64,000 nt of DNA from Wickerhamiella versatilis (Eukaryota), in contig JAQOWU010000008.1 of NCBI GenBank assembly GCA_030867685.1, positions 1,054,001 through 1,118,000 on the forward strand. The letters are read 5' to 3'. Position numbers and translations under genes: made by a program. Under the pieces are notes generated by a model. The model saw only the letters and a program-made list of their open reading frames with translations. It ran no database searches and was not told the DNA's origin. This document shows positions 10,783 through 20,962 of this stretch, in pieces. Position 1 is the first letter of the stretch, and every line of letters starts with the position of its first letter.

Positions 10783-11928
10783 ATGCTTCTGCGATTGGCC
10801 AGAGGATTTCCGGTTCGTCCACTGGCAAAATCCGTACGTGGGCTCCAAACGTTTGATGTGTTGGACTCACAGGTAAACATATTGCGTAATGGTAAGACAG
10901 TTGTTTCCCAGGGAACTGGCGGCCGGTCCAGCCGCAGTGGGTACACAGTCACTGTGTTCGGTGCTCCTGGTTACGTTGGTACGGCTCTTGTAACCAAGCT
11001 GGGAAAGCATGGTACGATTACCGTTGCACCTTATCGTGAGGAAATGTTTCAGCGTCATTTGAAAGTGACTGGTGACCTTGGTGTGGTGAACTATGCAGAG
11101 TTTGACATACGAAATGTCGATTCTATTGAGAGAGCAGTCAAGCATTCAGACGTTGTGGTCAATCTTATGGGCCGAGATTGGGAGACGAAGAACTTCTCCT
11201 TCTATGATGTACATGTAGAGGGTGCCAAGCGTGTCGCTGAGGCTGTAGCGAAGTGGCAGGTTCCTCGTTTTATCCATGTCTCGAGTCATACCCCTGATAT
11301 TAATTCGCCATCGAAGTTCTATGCAACAAAGGCGCTCGGTGAATCTACGGTAAGAGAAATAGTCCCGGATGCTACGATTGTACGTCCCGCACCAATATTT
11401 GGCGAGAATGACAATTTACTGGTAAGACTGGCTTCCCATGACGTCAACCTAGTTACTGGTAATGCGCTAGCCACCCTAGAGCCTACACACGTTCTGGACC
11501 TTACGAGGGCGTTGGAAATGATGGTATACGATGACTCGACAGTAGGCAAGACATATGACTTGCGCGGCCCAGACAAATTCACGTATTCCCAATTGCATGA
11601 TCTTGTCAAAGAGTGTGTCAAGCGTGATATACAGATGGTCAATCTCCCTAAAAGTCTCCTCAAGGCTTGGGCAACCTTCTGCCAGTATGCCGCTTACTGG
11701 GAGGGCCCAATGACACCCGACGTTGTGGAGCGTATGCTGATTTCCCAACCCAAGCCAGAAAAAGACACGCTTGGTTACTCTGATCTTGGCATTACTCCAC
11801 AGAGGCTTGAAGACCATGTGGTTCACATCACACGTCACCTTCGTGCTTCTGTGTTTCTACATGACTCTGCAGAAACGGATAAGCGACGTAAGAAGGAGGA
11901 TGACTCGTGGTCTAATATTATCGACTAG
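10783..11928 (+). CDS. Complex I 39/40-kDa accessory subunit (NDUFA9/NUEM)
   Basis: Mitochondrial presequence, GTGGRSSRSGYTVTVFGA, HLKVTGDLG, SDVVVNL.GRDWETKNFSF.DVH. Confidence 0.95.
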   Translation: MLLRLARGFPVRPLAKSVRGLQTFDVLDSQVNILRNGKTVVSQGTGGRSSRSGYTVTVFGAPGYVGTALVTKLGKHGTITVAPYREEMFQRHLKVTGDLGVVNYAEFDIRNVDSIERAVKHSDVVVNLMGRDWETKNFSFYDVHVEGAKRVAEAVAKWQVPRFIHVSSHTPDINSPSKFYATKALGESTVREIVPDATIVRPAPIFGENDNLLVRLASHDVNLVTGNALATLEPTHVLDLTRALEMMVYDDSTVGKTYDLRGPDKFTYSQLHDLVKECVKRDIQMVNLPKSLLKAWATFCQYAAYWEGPMTPDVVERMLISQPKPEKDTLGYSDLGITPQRLEDHVVHITRHLRASVFLHDSAETDKRRKKEDDSWSNIID

Positions 11929-12229
11929 TCGATGAGACAGGTTCAACTCATTCCAGTAACATGCTCTTAGTGGAGAAGTGAAACGAGGCAACAATCTTCT
12001 TGCTTTATGTGAACGACGCACTCGATTTCTAAGTAATCGAGACGCTGAATAGGATATAGAGACTGAATGGAATGTGTAGTTTTGACAGTTATTGATGATG
12101 AACCCTTAGCAGAAAGGGATTCGTGGCTACAATTTAGCGTAAATTGATCGTTAGGCTCACAAAAGTTTATTTCACGCTTACTTTCATTATCTACAATGGT
12201 TTATATCGGGATGGGGGAATGTGGGCACA

Positions 12230-13249
12230 TTAGTTTCTTCTGTGACAATTGCCTAAATGTCTTGCTCGCCCTCCTTTCACATGGTAGCGGCCACCGTAAT
12301 GGGCACGACGGCGGCATTCAGGTTCACAATGATGAGCGTTATCATTTCTATCAGGACATTTATCTTCATAATTCTGGCAATCATCTCGCGAATCACGGTA
12401 ATCACAGTCGTAGCAATCGCCTCTTAATGGCCGGTCACCATGATCATGACAGTTTCCCTTTGGTGGAATAGGGAGAGGTCGATAACAAAGGGAGATACTC
12501 GGGCTTGATTCACTTTCAACGCTCTGGCTAGGGCATTTTGTGGTTGGTGTATTGTGACCTTGAAGTGTACGTGAAGATGTCACCGTAGGTGTAACTGTCA
12601 ACACATTTGCCGTTACTGTAACAGTTGGTTGTTCAGACAGTGTTGAGTATGATTCAGTAGGTTCGCTGAGTTGTGATATCGTTGTAAAACTGGGGGTTTC
12701 GGTACTCTTATGCTCAAGTACTGATGTTATCAAACTCTCTTGGACTATTGTCACAGTGGCTGGTTCTACCGTCACAGTTGAGGCCGCTAGTGTTACAGTG
12801 GGCTGTGGCAGATAAACTGTGTGAATTTCAGGTACTGAAGCTTCACTTGCTGAGAGAGATGTGACCGTGCGAGGAGATGTGACTGTGCTCGTATATCTAG
12901 AGGTGTAAACAATGATTGTTTCTCCAGAGCTTCCAGCTGTCGAGCTCTCTGTGACAACTCCTGTGGCGAGGAGCAGATTGTCAGCATCCGTATTTGAGGT
13001 TGTCGTGGGTATTTGAGAGGAGCCAGGGGATGTGGCTTGGGCAGCGTCAAGTGGATCAACTTTAACTGATGTTTTTGTAGAATAACTTGTTGATACTTTG
13101 TCCCTGTTTGAAACTGGTATGGTAACTATGTTTCCTGGATTGCTGCTGTTGCAGTTATTCTGAAATACACAACTTGTGACGGTCACGGTTGAGACTTTAG
13201 CGCCGACAAGAGCATATACTGCAAGCACGGCCACCGATAAGACCTTCAT
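12230..13249 (-). CDS. Orphan secreted protein: Ser/Thr/Val-rich stalk plus Cys/Asp/Arg/His/Tyr-rich C-terminus
   Basis: Signal peptide MKVLSVAVLAVYALVGA, TVTV-type repeats, Cys-rich tail, no GPI-like hydrophobic end. Confidence 0.75.
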   Translation of the reverse strand: MKVLSVAVLAVYALVGAKVSTVTVTSCVFQNNCNSSNPGNIVTIPVSNRDKVSTSYSTKTSVKVDPLDAAQATSPGSSQIPTTTSNTDADNLLLATGVVTESSTAGSSGETIIVYTSRYTSTVTSPRTVTSLSASEASVPEIHTVYLPQPTVTLAASTVTVEPATVTIVQESLITSVLEHKSTETPSFTTISQLSEPTESYSTLSEQPTVTVTANVLTVTPTVTSSRTLQGHNTPTTKCPSQSVESESSPSISLCYRPLPIPPKGNCHDHGDRPLRGDCYDCDYRDSRDDCQNYEDKCPDRNDNAHHCEPECRRRAHYGGRYHVKGGRARHLGNCHRRN

Positions 13250-13625
13250 CGCAGTACCAAATCAATATGGGACTGGGCCTCCTTTAATGTTGTAGTTCAT
13301 GTCTACCTTCCTTATTCGGCATATGTCCTCTTTGCAGATTTTGTTTGGCAAAAAAGATTGATTGACTTGCGACGACTAGATAGGTGGTATAATTAAAGCT
13401 TTTATTGTATTAAAATCCTCCTAGGTACCAGTAAATTTGGCATAAAATTAGATGCTAAAACATAGGGGTTACGCCTTCCGTCTTTGGAATACGCATCATC
13501 CCATGCGCCTACCAATAACAATATTTGATGAATTATGGTATAATAATGAAGAATTACGTCACAAATATTAAGGAACTTAGTAGTATCCCACTTCGGTTCT
13601 ACTTTTTAGAAACCCAACAGATCTA

Positions 13626-15491
13626 TTAAGGTGTGTCAAACCTAGAAGAATAGAGGGGCCCTGGCTCTGGTCCAGTTAGCGGATTGCTAGCTGTCTGTAC
13701 TACAGTATGAATGCCCTCCATATGAGGATTTGTTTGTGGTGAAGCTATAGGGATTCCATTTCCACCCTGATGCTGATCTGTCATATCCTGCCGCAGACCT
13801 GCTTGGTACATGTTGGGCTGCTGTAACGGCTGCTGTAGCGGCTGCTGTAACGGCTGCTGTAACGGCTGCTGTGGCGTGTATATCGGTGTCTGAAACTCCT
13901 GCGGTTTGAACTCGGAATTATCAGGCCATCCAACGTGAGTTGATGGTTGCTGCACTTGTGAATACGTTGAAGAGGGCTGGGGAGGATATACGGCAAAAGG
14001 GGTTTCATGTGGTTTTGGAAAGCTGTTCTCATGAGGTATTGGCATGAAGCTGTGAGATACAATGGGCTTATAATGCAGTTTTACAATGAGCGACGGATTT
14101 TCTTCCTCTGACGTCTCCTCTGATTCTTCTTCTAGATCTTCTGACTTCGCCCGCATACGCGCTAAACGTTCTTCAGTTTCCCGCTGAATTTCTCTAGTCC
14201 TATCCTCCATTACCCTTTTGTGTCTCTCCTCACGTGTTTCGGGCTTCGGTGGTTCCCAAGGGTGATAATCTGAATCCCGCGCTGCGAGTCTGGCGCTCCT
14301 CCTACGAGGCAGTGGTTCTGGCTCTTCTACAAAAGAAGTATAGTCAACCCTGATCCCTCGGGTACGCCTTGCATAGCGTCCCTCACCCATCCTGGTCTGC
14401 TCAACATGTTTAGCAAGTTCTTGTCGTTTCTTCTCGCGCAGGAGTTCGGCCCTTCTACGCTCTTCACTAGCCTGAAGTTCCGGAACAAGGGCTTCGAACT
14501 TCTTTGCAAGCTTTGCTGCATTCTTTCCTTGAGGTTCGAGCTCCTCGGCCAATTTTCTCACTTCATCCAGCGATGACGCAATCGGTCTCCAGGAAACCGT
14601 TCTTAAAAACCGGTTGGTCTCACGATAAATACGGAAACGGGTATCTCTGACAGAGTCATCAGTTGGCTCTTGATCAGGCCCACCGCAGAGGTAATACCTG
14701 CAATGATCATTATCAACACCTAGCCAGGGTTGTGTAGATTCCCGCGATAGTGAATGCAAAACTTCCCTCACACGCTCACTGGCTGCAAGCGCCCAATGTA
14801 CCAGTATATGCAAGAATTCAAGTCTGTCATCCCAGCTAAGTTCAGTAAAAGCAGTTCTTGACTTCCAATTTACTGGGGGAAACCCCTCTCCCATGCCTAG
14901 TTCGATTGCCTGGAAATAAAGATCGTTTAGTGCACTCCCATATTTACCGAGCTCTATATCCTTCTTGCGATTCAGTACAAGACCTAAAAGTCTCAGGAAG
15001 AGCCTCTGTACAAGTTCTGAGGGTTCTGTTGTTGCAATGCCCTCTTCAATATCCTGAGGCCCTATGGCAGGCATGTCTTCGAATAAAGGTTGAAAATTCG
15101 TCATAAATATCACAAGAAATCCTACCGTTGGGTTGCACTCTACAGTAAGAGGGTCACTATCAGGTTGTTGGTGTGGCTCCTTCCAAGGTGCATCTTCTGG
15201 TACTGTCGCAAGAGGGAGCTGGCGTCGTCTTGTAACACGCTTGACCTTCTTTTTTGGTGCAGGGCGTGGTTTCGATGGTTTTCCATATTCCTCATCATCA
15301 CTGCTGCTTTCTGAACGCTCCACGCGTAGGCGACGCGTGCGACGTCTTGGAGGTGGACGTTGAACACGAGGACGGAGCCTACGCCTCGGGGCTCCAAATG
15401 ACACGTCACTGTCGCTTGGCTCGCTCAACTCATCAAGTGCTGGCCCACTTGATGCGCTCGACGACGACTCCCATTCCGACTCACTGCTCAT
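13626..15491 (-). CDS. DDT/WHIM-domain protein (ISWI accessory subunit-like)
   Basis: GPQDIEEGI...LVQRLFLRLLGLVLNR, FTELSWDDRLEFLHILVHW (WHIM1-like), LGVD....RYY (WHIM2-like), WRPIASSLDEV..LA (WHIM3-like). Confidence 0.7.
   Translation of the reverse strand: MSSESEWESSSSASSGPALDELSEPSDSDVSFGAPRRRLRPRVQRPPPRRRTRRLRVERSESSSDDEEYGKPSKPRPAPKKKVKRVTRRRQLPLATVPEDAPWKEPHQQPDSDPLTVECNPTVGFLVIFMTNFQPLFEDMPAIGPQDIEEGIATTEPSELVQRLFLRLLGLVLNRKKDIELGKYGSALNDLYFQAIELGMGEGFPPVNWKSRTAFTELSWDDRLEFLHILVHWALAASERVREVLHSLSRESTQPWLGVDNDHCRYYLCGGPDQEPTDDSVRDTRFRIYRETNRFLRTVSWRPIASSLDEVRKLAEELEPQGKNAAKLAKKFEALVPELQASEERRRAELLREKKRQELAKHVEQTRMGEGRYARRTRGIRVDYTSFVEEPEPLPRRRSARLAARDSDYHPWEPPKPETREERHKRVMEDRTREIQRETEERLARMRAKSEDLEEESEETSEEENPSLIVKLHYKPIVSHSFMPIPHENSFPKPHETPFAVYPPQPSSTYSQVQQPSTHVGWPDNSEFKPQEFQTPIYTPQQPLQQPLQQPLQQPLQQPNMYQAGLRQDMTDQHQGGNGIPIASPQTNPHMEGIHTVVQTASNPLTGPEPGPLYSSRFDTP
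13816..13872 (-). repeat. 12-bp coding minisatellite (QQPL x4-5)
   Basis: GGCTGCTGTA(A/G)C tandem on the + strand. Confidence 0.9.
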
Positions 15492-16249
15492 GGATGAGTA
15501 ACCCCTCAGTTACTCGCAGCGGATACTCTTCACACGCATAATGTAGGGGGAAAAAATCCTCGACACTTTTAATGCTTATGTAGAGTACAGTGATGGCCAG
15601 ATAGGCATACGAATAAAAAAGATATGTTTCGCATCGATACCTACAGTTGAAAACAATCCCAAATCTACAGCAGCTTGAAGTATATACATATGACTTAATT
15701 TCTGATACCTAAATCCTTTTAACTTTCATATCCCATTTGCACACAAGTCTGCTAAACCATAACGCGTTATCATTTGGCTCCGATATTAGCACCACTGTAT
15801 TGATGATTATTAACTGGTCCTGATAGAAGCGGATACGCTTCTCAGTCATATATTTCTGTGTTTTTGTTATTGTAATTATTGGTGGGCTCTGAATTCTTTT
15901 TATTTTTCAAAAGTCGTCCGCATTGTCATATAAAGCTCCTCGTGGCTACCAACTGGACACAAATTTTCCATATACTGGTTGATGGACCATGAGGGTTGTA
16001 GCATCCATCGCAGAATAGTTCACCATTTGTGCCGTAATTCGTCTTTGTCTGACGATGCAATAATGAAGCAGCCAGTTTACGCTGCTCATGAAACTATGGC
16101 GACAAATTTCCCTTGGAAATACCATTTTAGGGGGCACCTACTTAGATAGGAAAGCGGCATGAGGTGGTGTACTGAAGTCCTCCCGACGCGACAATCGTGA
16201 GACATCATTGGTATAAAGTCAGGAACGAATTTGGATAAAACATCACGCT

Positions 16250-17755
16250 ATGAAGCTCTCTATTCTAGCAGCACAAGCCCTTCTCTCCACAGTGTTGGCT
16301 GCCCCAGTCTCTTCCAAGCAAGAGTCTGGCAAAATTAGTGTCCGTTCTGACGGATCGCTATTCCTTGGCAATGCTAATGTGGCTCCTTCGGACAAGGTCT
16401 TGCATTTGGCTAAACGCCGCTATGACGACTGTTACGAAGAGCCTGAGCCGCCTCGTTACCATGACTCTGGCTATGAGCCCGAACGGCATCATTATTACGA
16501 TGATGATTGTTCTGAGCCTCGCCATCGTTATCATGATGATGATTATGAGCCCCGTCGCCGTAGCCGCTACCGTTATGACGATGAGGATGAGTTTCCTCGT
16601 CGCCGTCACCACTCTTCGGACTGCGATTCTTACGACAATGAGGGAGAAGATGGACGTGACGGTTGCTGCTGTGGTGGCGGCGGCGGTGGTATATTCAATG
16701 CTGTCCGCGAAGCCGCATGTTCACTTTGTCCGTCCCACTGGTGTAGTGGAGGTGGTCGTGGCGGTGGATGCTGCTGTGAAGGTGGTGGCAGCGATCGCGG
16801 TGGCTGTTTTAGAGGTGGTGATAGAGGTGGATGTGAATGCGACAACAGGTCCCGCGGATATTACAATTATCCACCCCCGGGACACGGAGAAGGCCCTTTC
16901 TATGGTCCAGCACCTTACAACTGTGGTCCTCCTCAGCATCCACCACCTGGCTATGGTCAGCCTGGGCCATACTATCAGCCACCTCCGCCTCAGTGTTACA
17001 ATCATGGGCCTCCTCAATTCCAAGAAGGTCCCGGTCCCATGGATGCTTCAGGGGGATCCGCTCCAGGACAGCCTCAAGCTGGTCACCCGGACCACAGGAA
17101 CGGCCCTCAGCCTGCTGACGCTCAGCCTAATTCATCTTTCCAGGATCAACCACAAGATTCCCCTCAGGCTCAAGCCCAACAGCAAGGTCAATTCCAAGGC
17201 CAGCAGCCATATCAGGGCCAATATCAGAACCAACCGCCGCAGGACCAGCAGCCTCTTCCGCAGAATGATGCTGGCAATAGGTTTGGTCCTCTTCCCCAAG
17301 ATGGTCCTAGCCAGCAACAACAACATCAAAGAGACTTTCCGATGGGGTTGTCTAGCGCGGATGTTGTGCGCGGCTCAAGTTACCAGGACAGTCGACCACC
17401 CTCGCGGTACCGCGACTTCTACGAAGACGACTACTATCCATCCTATCGAGCTGTCGAAAACTCCCACCCGCGGGCTCGTCACCCCTACCTCGACTATGAC
17501 TTTATGGACGACCCTGCGGACTACGAGGATGAAGACGATGTACCTCTCCGTCAGAGTATGCGTCCTAAGACCAAGTCTTCGCGAAAGCAGGCGCCCTCAA
17601 ATAAGAAGAAGGTTAAGGCGCCTGTTGAAGAAGAGCAGGATTCTGATGTCGAACCTGATTCCGCGGAAGATGATGAGGAATCTGATGATGTATCAGTCTA
17701 TCCAGTTGATAACGATGACATTCACTTTGATGTCTCTGTGCAACGCAAGAATTAA
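16250..17755 (+). CDS. Orphan secreted low-complexity pro-protein (Tyr/Asp/His/Arg, Cys/Gly, Pro/Gln and acidic blocks)
   Basis: Signal peptide MKLSILAAQALLSTVLA-AP, pro-region ending LAKR (Kex2-like), TATA-like TATAAA near 16213, strong codon bias. Confidence 0.85.
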   Translation: MKLSILAAQALLSTVLAAPVSSKQESGKISVRSDGSLFLGNANVAPSDKVLHLAKRRYDDCYEEPEPPRYHDSGYEPERHHYYDDDCSEPRHRYHDDDYEPRRRSRYRYDDEDEFPRRRHHSSDCDSYDNEGEDGRDGCCCGGGGGGIFNAVREAACSLCPSHWCSGGGRGGGCCCEGGGSDRGGCFRGGDRGGCECDNRSRGYYNYPPPGHGEGPFYGPAPYNCGPPQHPPPGYGQPGPYYQPPPPQCYNHGPPQFQEGPGPMDASGGSAPGQPQAGHPDHRNGPQPADAQPNSSFQDQPQDSPQAQAQQQGQFQGQQPYQGQYQNQPPQDQQPLPQNDAGNRFGPLPQDGPSQQQQHQRDFPMGLSSADVVRGSSYQDSRPPSRYRDFYEDDYYPSYRAVENSHPRARHPYLDYDFMDDPADYEDEDDVPLRQSMRPKTKSSRKQAPSNKKKVKAPVEEEQDSDVEPDSAEDDEESDDVSVYPVDNDDIHFDVSVQRKN

Positions 17756-18004
17756 TCCCTTTATTAGAAACACGATTTAGCTTTTAGACTATAAAGCAAT
17801 TTGGCATATTTTTTCCCAGTATACAACTGCTTGCCTTCATCAACATTATGAATCCTGATTTAACAACATAACGCGAACAGTGTTATCTTATTTCTTACTG
17901 TAATGGAAATCAATAAACCGAAATTTACACAAAGCTATCCATATAAATCCAGAGTTAATCATGGCTAGCGAGTGCTACTGGACTACACACATACATACAG
18001 TAAG

Positions 18005-19477
18005 TTACGCAAGAGAGGCAGTAGCTGAGAATGGCGAGATACCCTTTGGTGCTTTACCCTGCAAAGCAAGAGGAACAATACCAGATACGTGCATATCGGG
18101 TCCGTAGATCTTCATAGGTAGTGAAAGCTCTTCTCCTGCAGCCGTGAGAAGACGTAAGCCCTCCTGCCAATTCGGGCCACCACGACGGACATAAATTTTA
18201 ACATTATGTTCGAGTAGCTTGTCACGCATTTCATGGAATGCTGCAATTATACCCTTGAAAGTAGACCCCACTTGAGTGAAATTGGCGATACCACCACCAA
18301 TGAACAAAATCTTACCTTCTGGGTGTGTTGGGCCTCGAGTCATAAGATCGAGAACAGTTTTAGCATACTGCTTTGTTTGCTCAGTGCTAGGTGCGCCACT
18401 ATACTCACCGTAGTTGGCAAGTTCAGAGGCATATCCGGCAGACGCAATAGCATCAGCATACACAACAGAGGCACCGCCTCCAGCAACCAGAGTCCATATG
18501 CGGCCTTTGTCATTCAAAATCGTCAGTTTCAAGGAAGCACCGGTCTTTGCGTCGAGGTCTGATATGAATGCTTCCTCCTTCGAAAGCTCTCGACCGAAAG
18601 GGGCCGGAAATTCCATTGGTGGACCGTTATCAACGGTAGCCTTGACATTCTCATCGACGACATTTATATCGAGACTTGAAGGTGCGCGCGCAATGGCCCA
18701 CTTAGGACCTGACTCGAAATCAGCAGTCTGATCCAGCTTTCCGGCAAGATCAAGATAATGAACCTGAGGGCCCTCAGGAGTTGGGATTACTACAAGAGGG
18801 TTAATTTCCAAATATGTAAACTGCATATCAACGTAAACAGCGTACAAGCGGTTGATAAAGTCACGCAAAGTCTCATGTTGGTCCTTAGGAAGCTCACTGA
18901 GCAGGACCTCTTCAATCTTTGCGTTGCTTGGATAGTCTTTTTCAAGGGTGACTGGTACAAGTAGTTTTGATGCCTTCGAGTCAACATCACCAACATCTAC
19001 ACCACCTTCATGATAGAAGAGAATCCAGTCGCCCTCACGAGTAGAATGAATATTTATATAGTATTCATGCTTCTGATCATGGGGAACGAATGGTTCAACA
19101 AGGAACACATTCAAGTCACCGACGGCATGCTGCACGTGCTGTGGCTTTCCTGCGCGCTGCTTGATCCAATCCTTAGCCTCAGGCCATGACTTGTTGAGGC
19201 CGAGAAGTCCCGACTTACCACGGCGTTTTATCAGCTGATCGGGTTTAGCAACGAACTTTGATCCCGCCTTGAGTAACCACGGATATTCCTTTTCAGCCTT
19301 CTCAAAGACGGCGTCGACATGTGCTGGGTCATCACTTTCGAATCTTAGCGTTGCCAGCTGGGGCTTCCCGCCAAGAAATGTGTGCTTCGGAATCTCCTCG
19401 GAAAAAGTAGGACTTTTGGCGAGCCAGTAGGCCAAGAGGGCCTTACCATCTGCCTCGCGAATTGACTTGGCGCTCAT
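18005..19477 (-). CDS. ACL2: ATP-citrate lyase subunit (ATP-grasp/citrate-binding half)
   Basis: MSAKSIREADGK, VAKPDQLIKRRGKSGL, AGGGASVVYAD, ELANYGEYSGAP, IGGGIANFT, RRGGPNWQEGL. Confidence 0.97.
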   Translation of the reverse strand: MSAKSIREADGKALLAYWLAKSPTFSEEIPKHTFLGGKPQLATLRFESDDPAHVDAVFEKAEKEYPWLLKAGSKFVAKPDQLIKRRGKSGLLGLNKSWPEAKDWIKQRAGKPQHVQHAVGDLNVFLVEPFVPHDQKHEYYINIHSTREGDWILFYHEGGVDVGDVDSKASKLLVPVTLEKDYPSNAKIEEVLLSELPKDQHETLRDFINRLYAVYVDMQFTYLEINPLVVIPTPEGPQVHYLDLAGKLDQTADFESGPKWAIARAPSSLDINVVDENVKATVDNGPPMEFPAPFGRELSKEEAFISDLDAKTGASLKLTILNDKGRIWTLVAGGGASVVYADAIASAGYASELANYGEYSGAPSTEQTKQYAKTVLDLMTRGPTHPEGKILFIGGGIANFTQVGSTFKGIIAAFHEMRDKLLEHNVKIYVRRGGPNWQEGLRLLTAAGEELSLPMKIYGPDMHVSGIVPLALQGKAPKGISPFSATASLA

Positions 19478-20011
19478 GTGAGATGTATGGGGGTTGAGTG
19501 AGTTTAGTAAGAGGGAGTGGGGTATGGAGCTTTTCTAGGAGTGAAAGCATCCGAAATTGCGACACACATTAGACCTAAGCTAGGACTTGCAAGACACATC
19601 GTGAATGTGTGGCCTGCGACATAATGTATTTATTATAACTATACCAATCAGCAATACTATTAATATACACAGAGCGTTCAAGAGAAAAACCCGTAATCTT
19701 TAAACAGGTATAATCGTACTAGCTCCTGATAAACGTAGTTTCCCGTGAGAAAAAGAGACAGATGTGTCTTCGGTGTAGTGGGGCTATAAATAATTTGATC
19801 TGTAAGTCACATTTCGGGGCAAGGGACACAGAAGCGACTTTGACATGACGGTCGAAGAGAGGGCATAGCAAAACTTTTAGAAAATGAGAATGCTACTCAT
19901 CTAAATGCGTACATCCAACTTGTTAAGGATCGTTTTAAATGCGAGGTTAGGGGTTCATTCTTGGATGGTGCTGACCTAGCGGTTAGTGTCATCTGTGGTA
20001 GTCACGCAACT

Positions 20012-20674
20012 ATGAATGTTGAAGGACGGGTGATACTCGCCAGTAAATCTCCCAGGCGAGTAGAGATCCTGAAGAATGAGTTGGGGTTGAAAAACGTTGA
20101 GATCATCCCTTCGCAGTTCCAAGAGGACCTGAATAAGGATATGTATGCACCTTTTGAGTATCCTGTTCAGACTGCAATTCGCAAGGCACTGGATGTATAT
20201 CAAGGTGAGGTAGATGCAGATGAACCGCCATCGTTGTTGCTTGCTGCTGATACGGTGCTAGAAATGCAGGGCCAAACTTTGGAAAAGCCACGGGGTATTG
20301 ATCATCATGTTGCAATGCTGAAGTCTTTGCGTGATTCACCATATCCTCATAAGGTTTACACAGGCGTTGCAGTTATAGTTCCGTTCGAAAAGCCAGTGAT
20401 ACCAGGATATGCTCTAGAAACCTATCTTGGCATCAGTGAGGTAACCTTTCGTAAAGACATCACAGATCAAGAAATTATTGACTACGTAGCAAGCGAGGAG
20501 GCCAAGGATGCTGCAGGTGGTTATAAGATTCAAGGCGAGGGTGGAAAGTTCGTTGAGAACGTTAAAGGTGATAAATTTAATGTTATTGGCCTACCGGTTG
20601 ACGGAACCCGTGAACTCATTGAGAAAGCGATGAGAACTGCAGAAGATTCGGACTCTGAGCTTGAAAATGAATGA
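20012..20674 (+). CDS. Maf-family nucleotide pyrophosphatase (YOR111W-like)
   Basis: ILASKSPRR, AADTV, EKP, DAAGGYKIQG, NVIGLP; first ATG at 20012. Confidence 0.93.
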   Translation: MNVEGRVILASKSPRRVEILKNELGLKNVEIIPSQFQEDLNKDMYAPFEYPVQTAIRKALDVYQGEVDADEPPSLLLAADTVLEMQGQTLEKPRGIDHHVAMLKSLRDSPYPHKVYTGVAVIVPFEKPVIPGYALETYLGISEVTFRKDITDQEIIDYVASEEAKDAAGGYKIQGEGGKFVENVKGDKFNVIGLPVDGTRELIEKAMRTAEDSDSELENE

Positions 20675-20890
20675 AATGTATTTAAATTCCCATTGATATC
20701 ATTTAGAACACGTGATCCTAACGCGAGCTTCACGCCCTAACCACACCCCGAGACATTCCGATAGCTTATTGCCGTTGAGAATAACCAAGTAGAACTATAT
20801 ATATGATAAAAGATTGTTGAATGGCTATAATCTGGATAATAGCCCTTTTTCCCCTGTTCAGCAATGTAATATATCATTCTTGGTGTCTGG

Positions 20891-20897
20891 CCAATCA
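20891..20897 (+). promoter_or_regulatory. CCAAT box upstream of PIC2
   Basis: CCAATCA about 70 bp upstream of a mitochondrial carrier gene; HAP2/3/5 consensus. Confidence 0.4.
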
Positions 20898-20962
20898 GAT
20901 TGCTGCCCCTACCCCCTATGCCGTAATCCGACAAATCCGCTTTTCTCCTCCTAACTTCACTA

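Noticed and set aside
16338..17780. 480-aa alternative-frame ORF over the secreted protein (and the similar 44351-44884 ORF)
   Set aside because: The main frame has few Leu/Ile/Val/Met codons ending TA/TG, so this frame lacks stops; GTG start and M/T/V/I-rich shadow composition.
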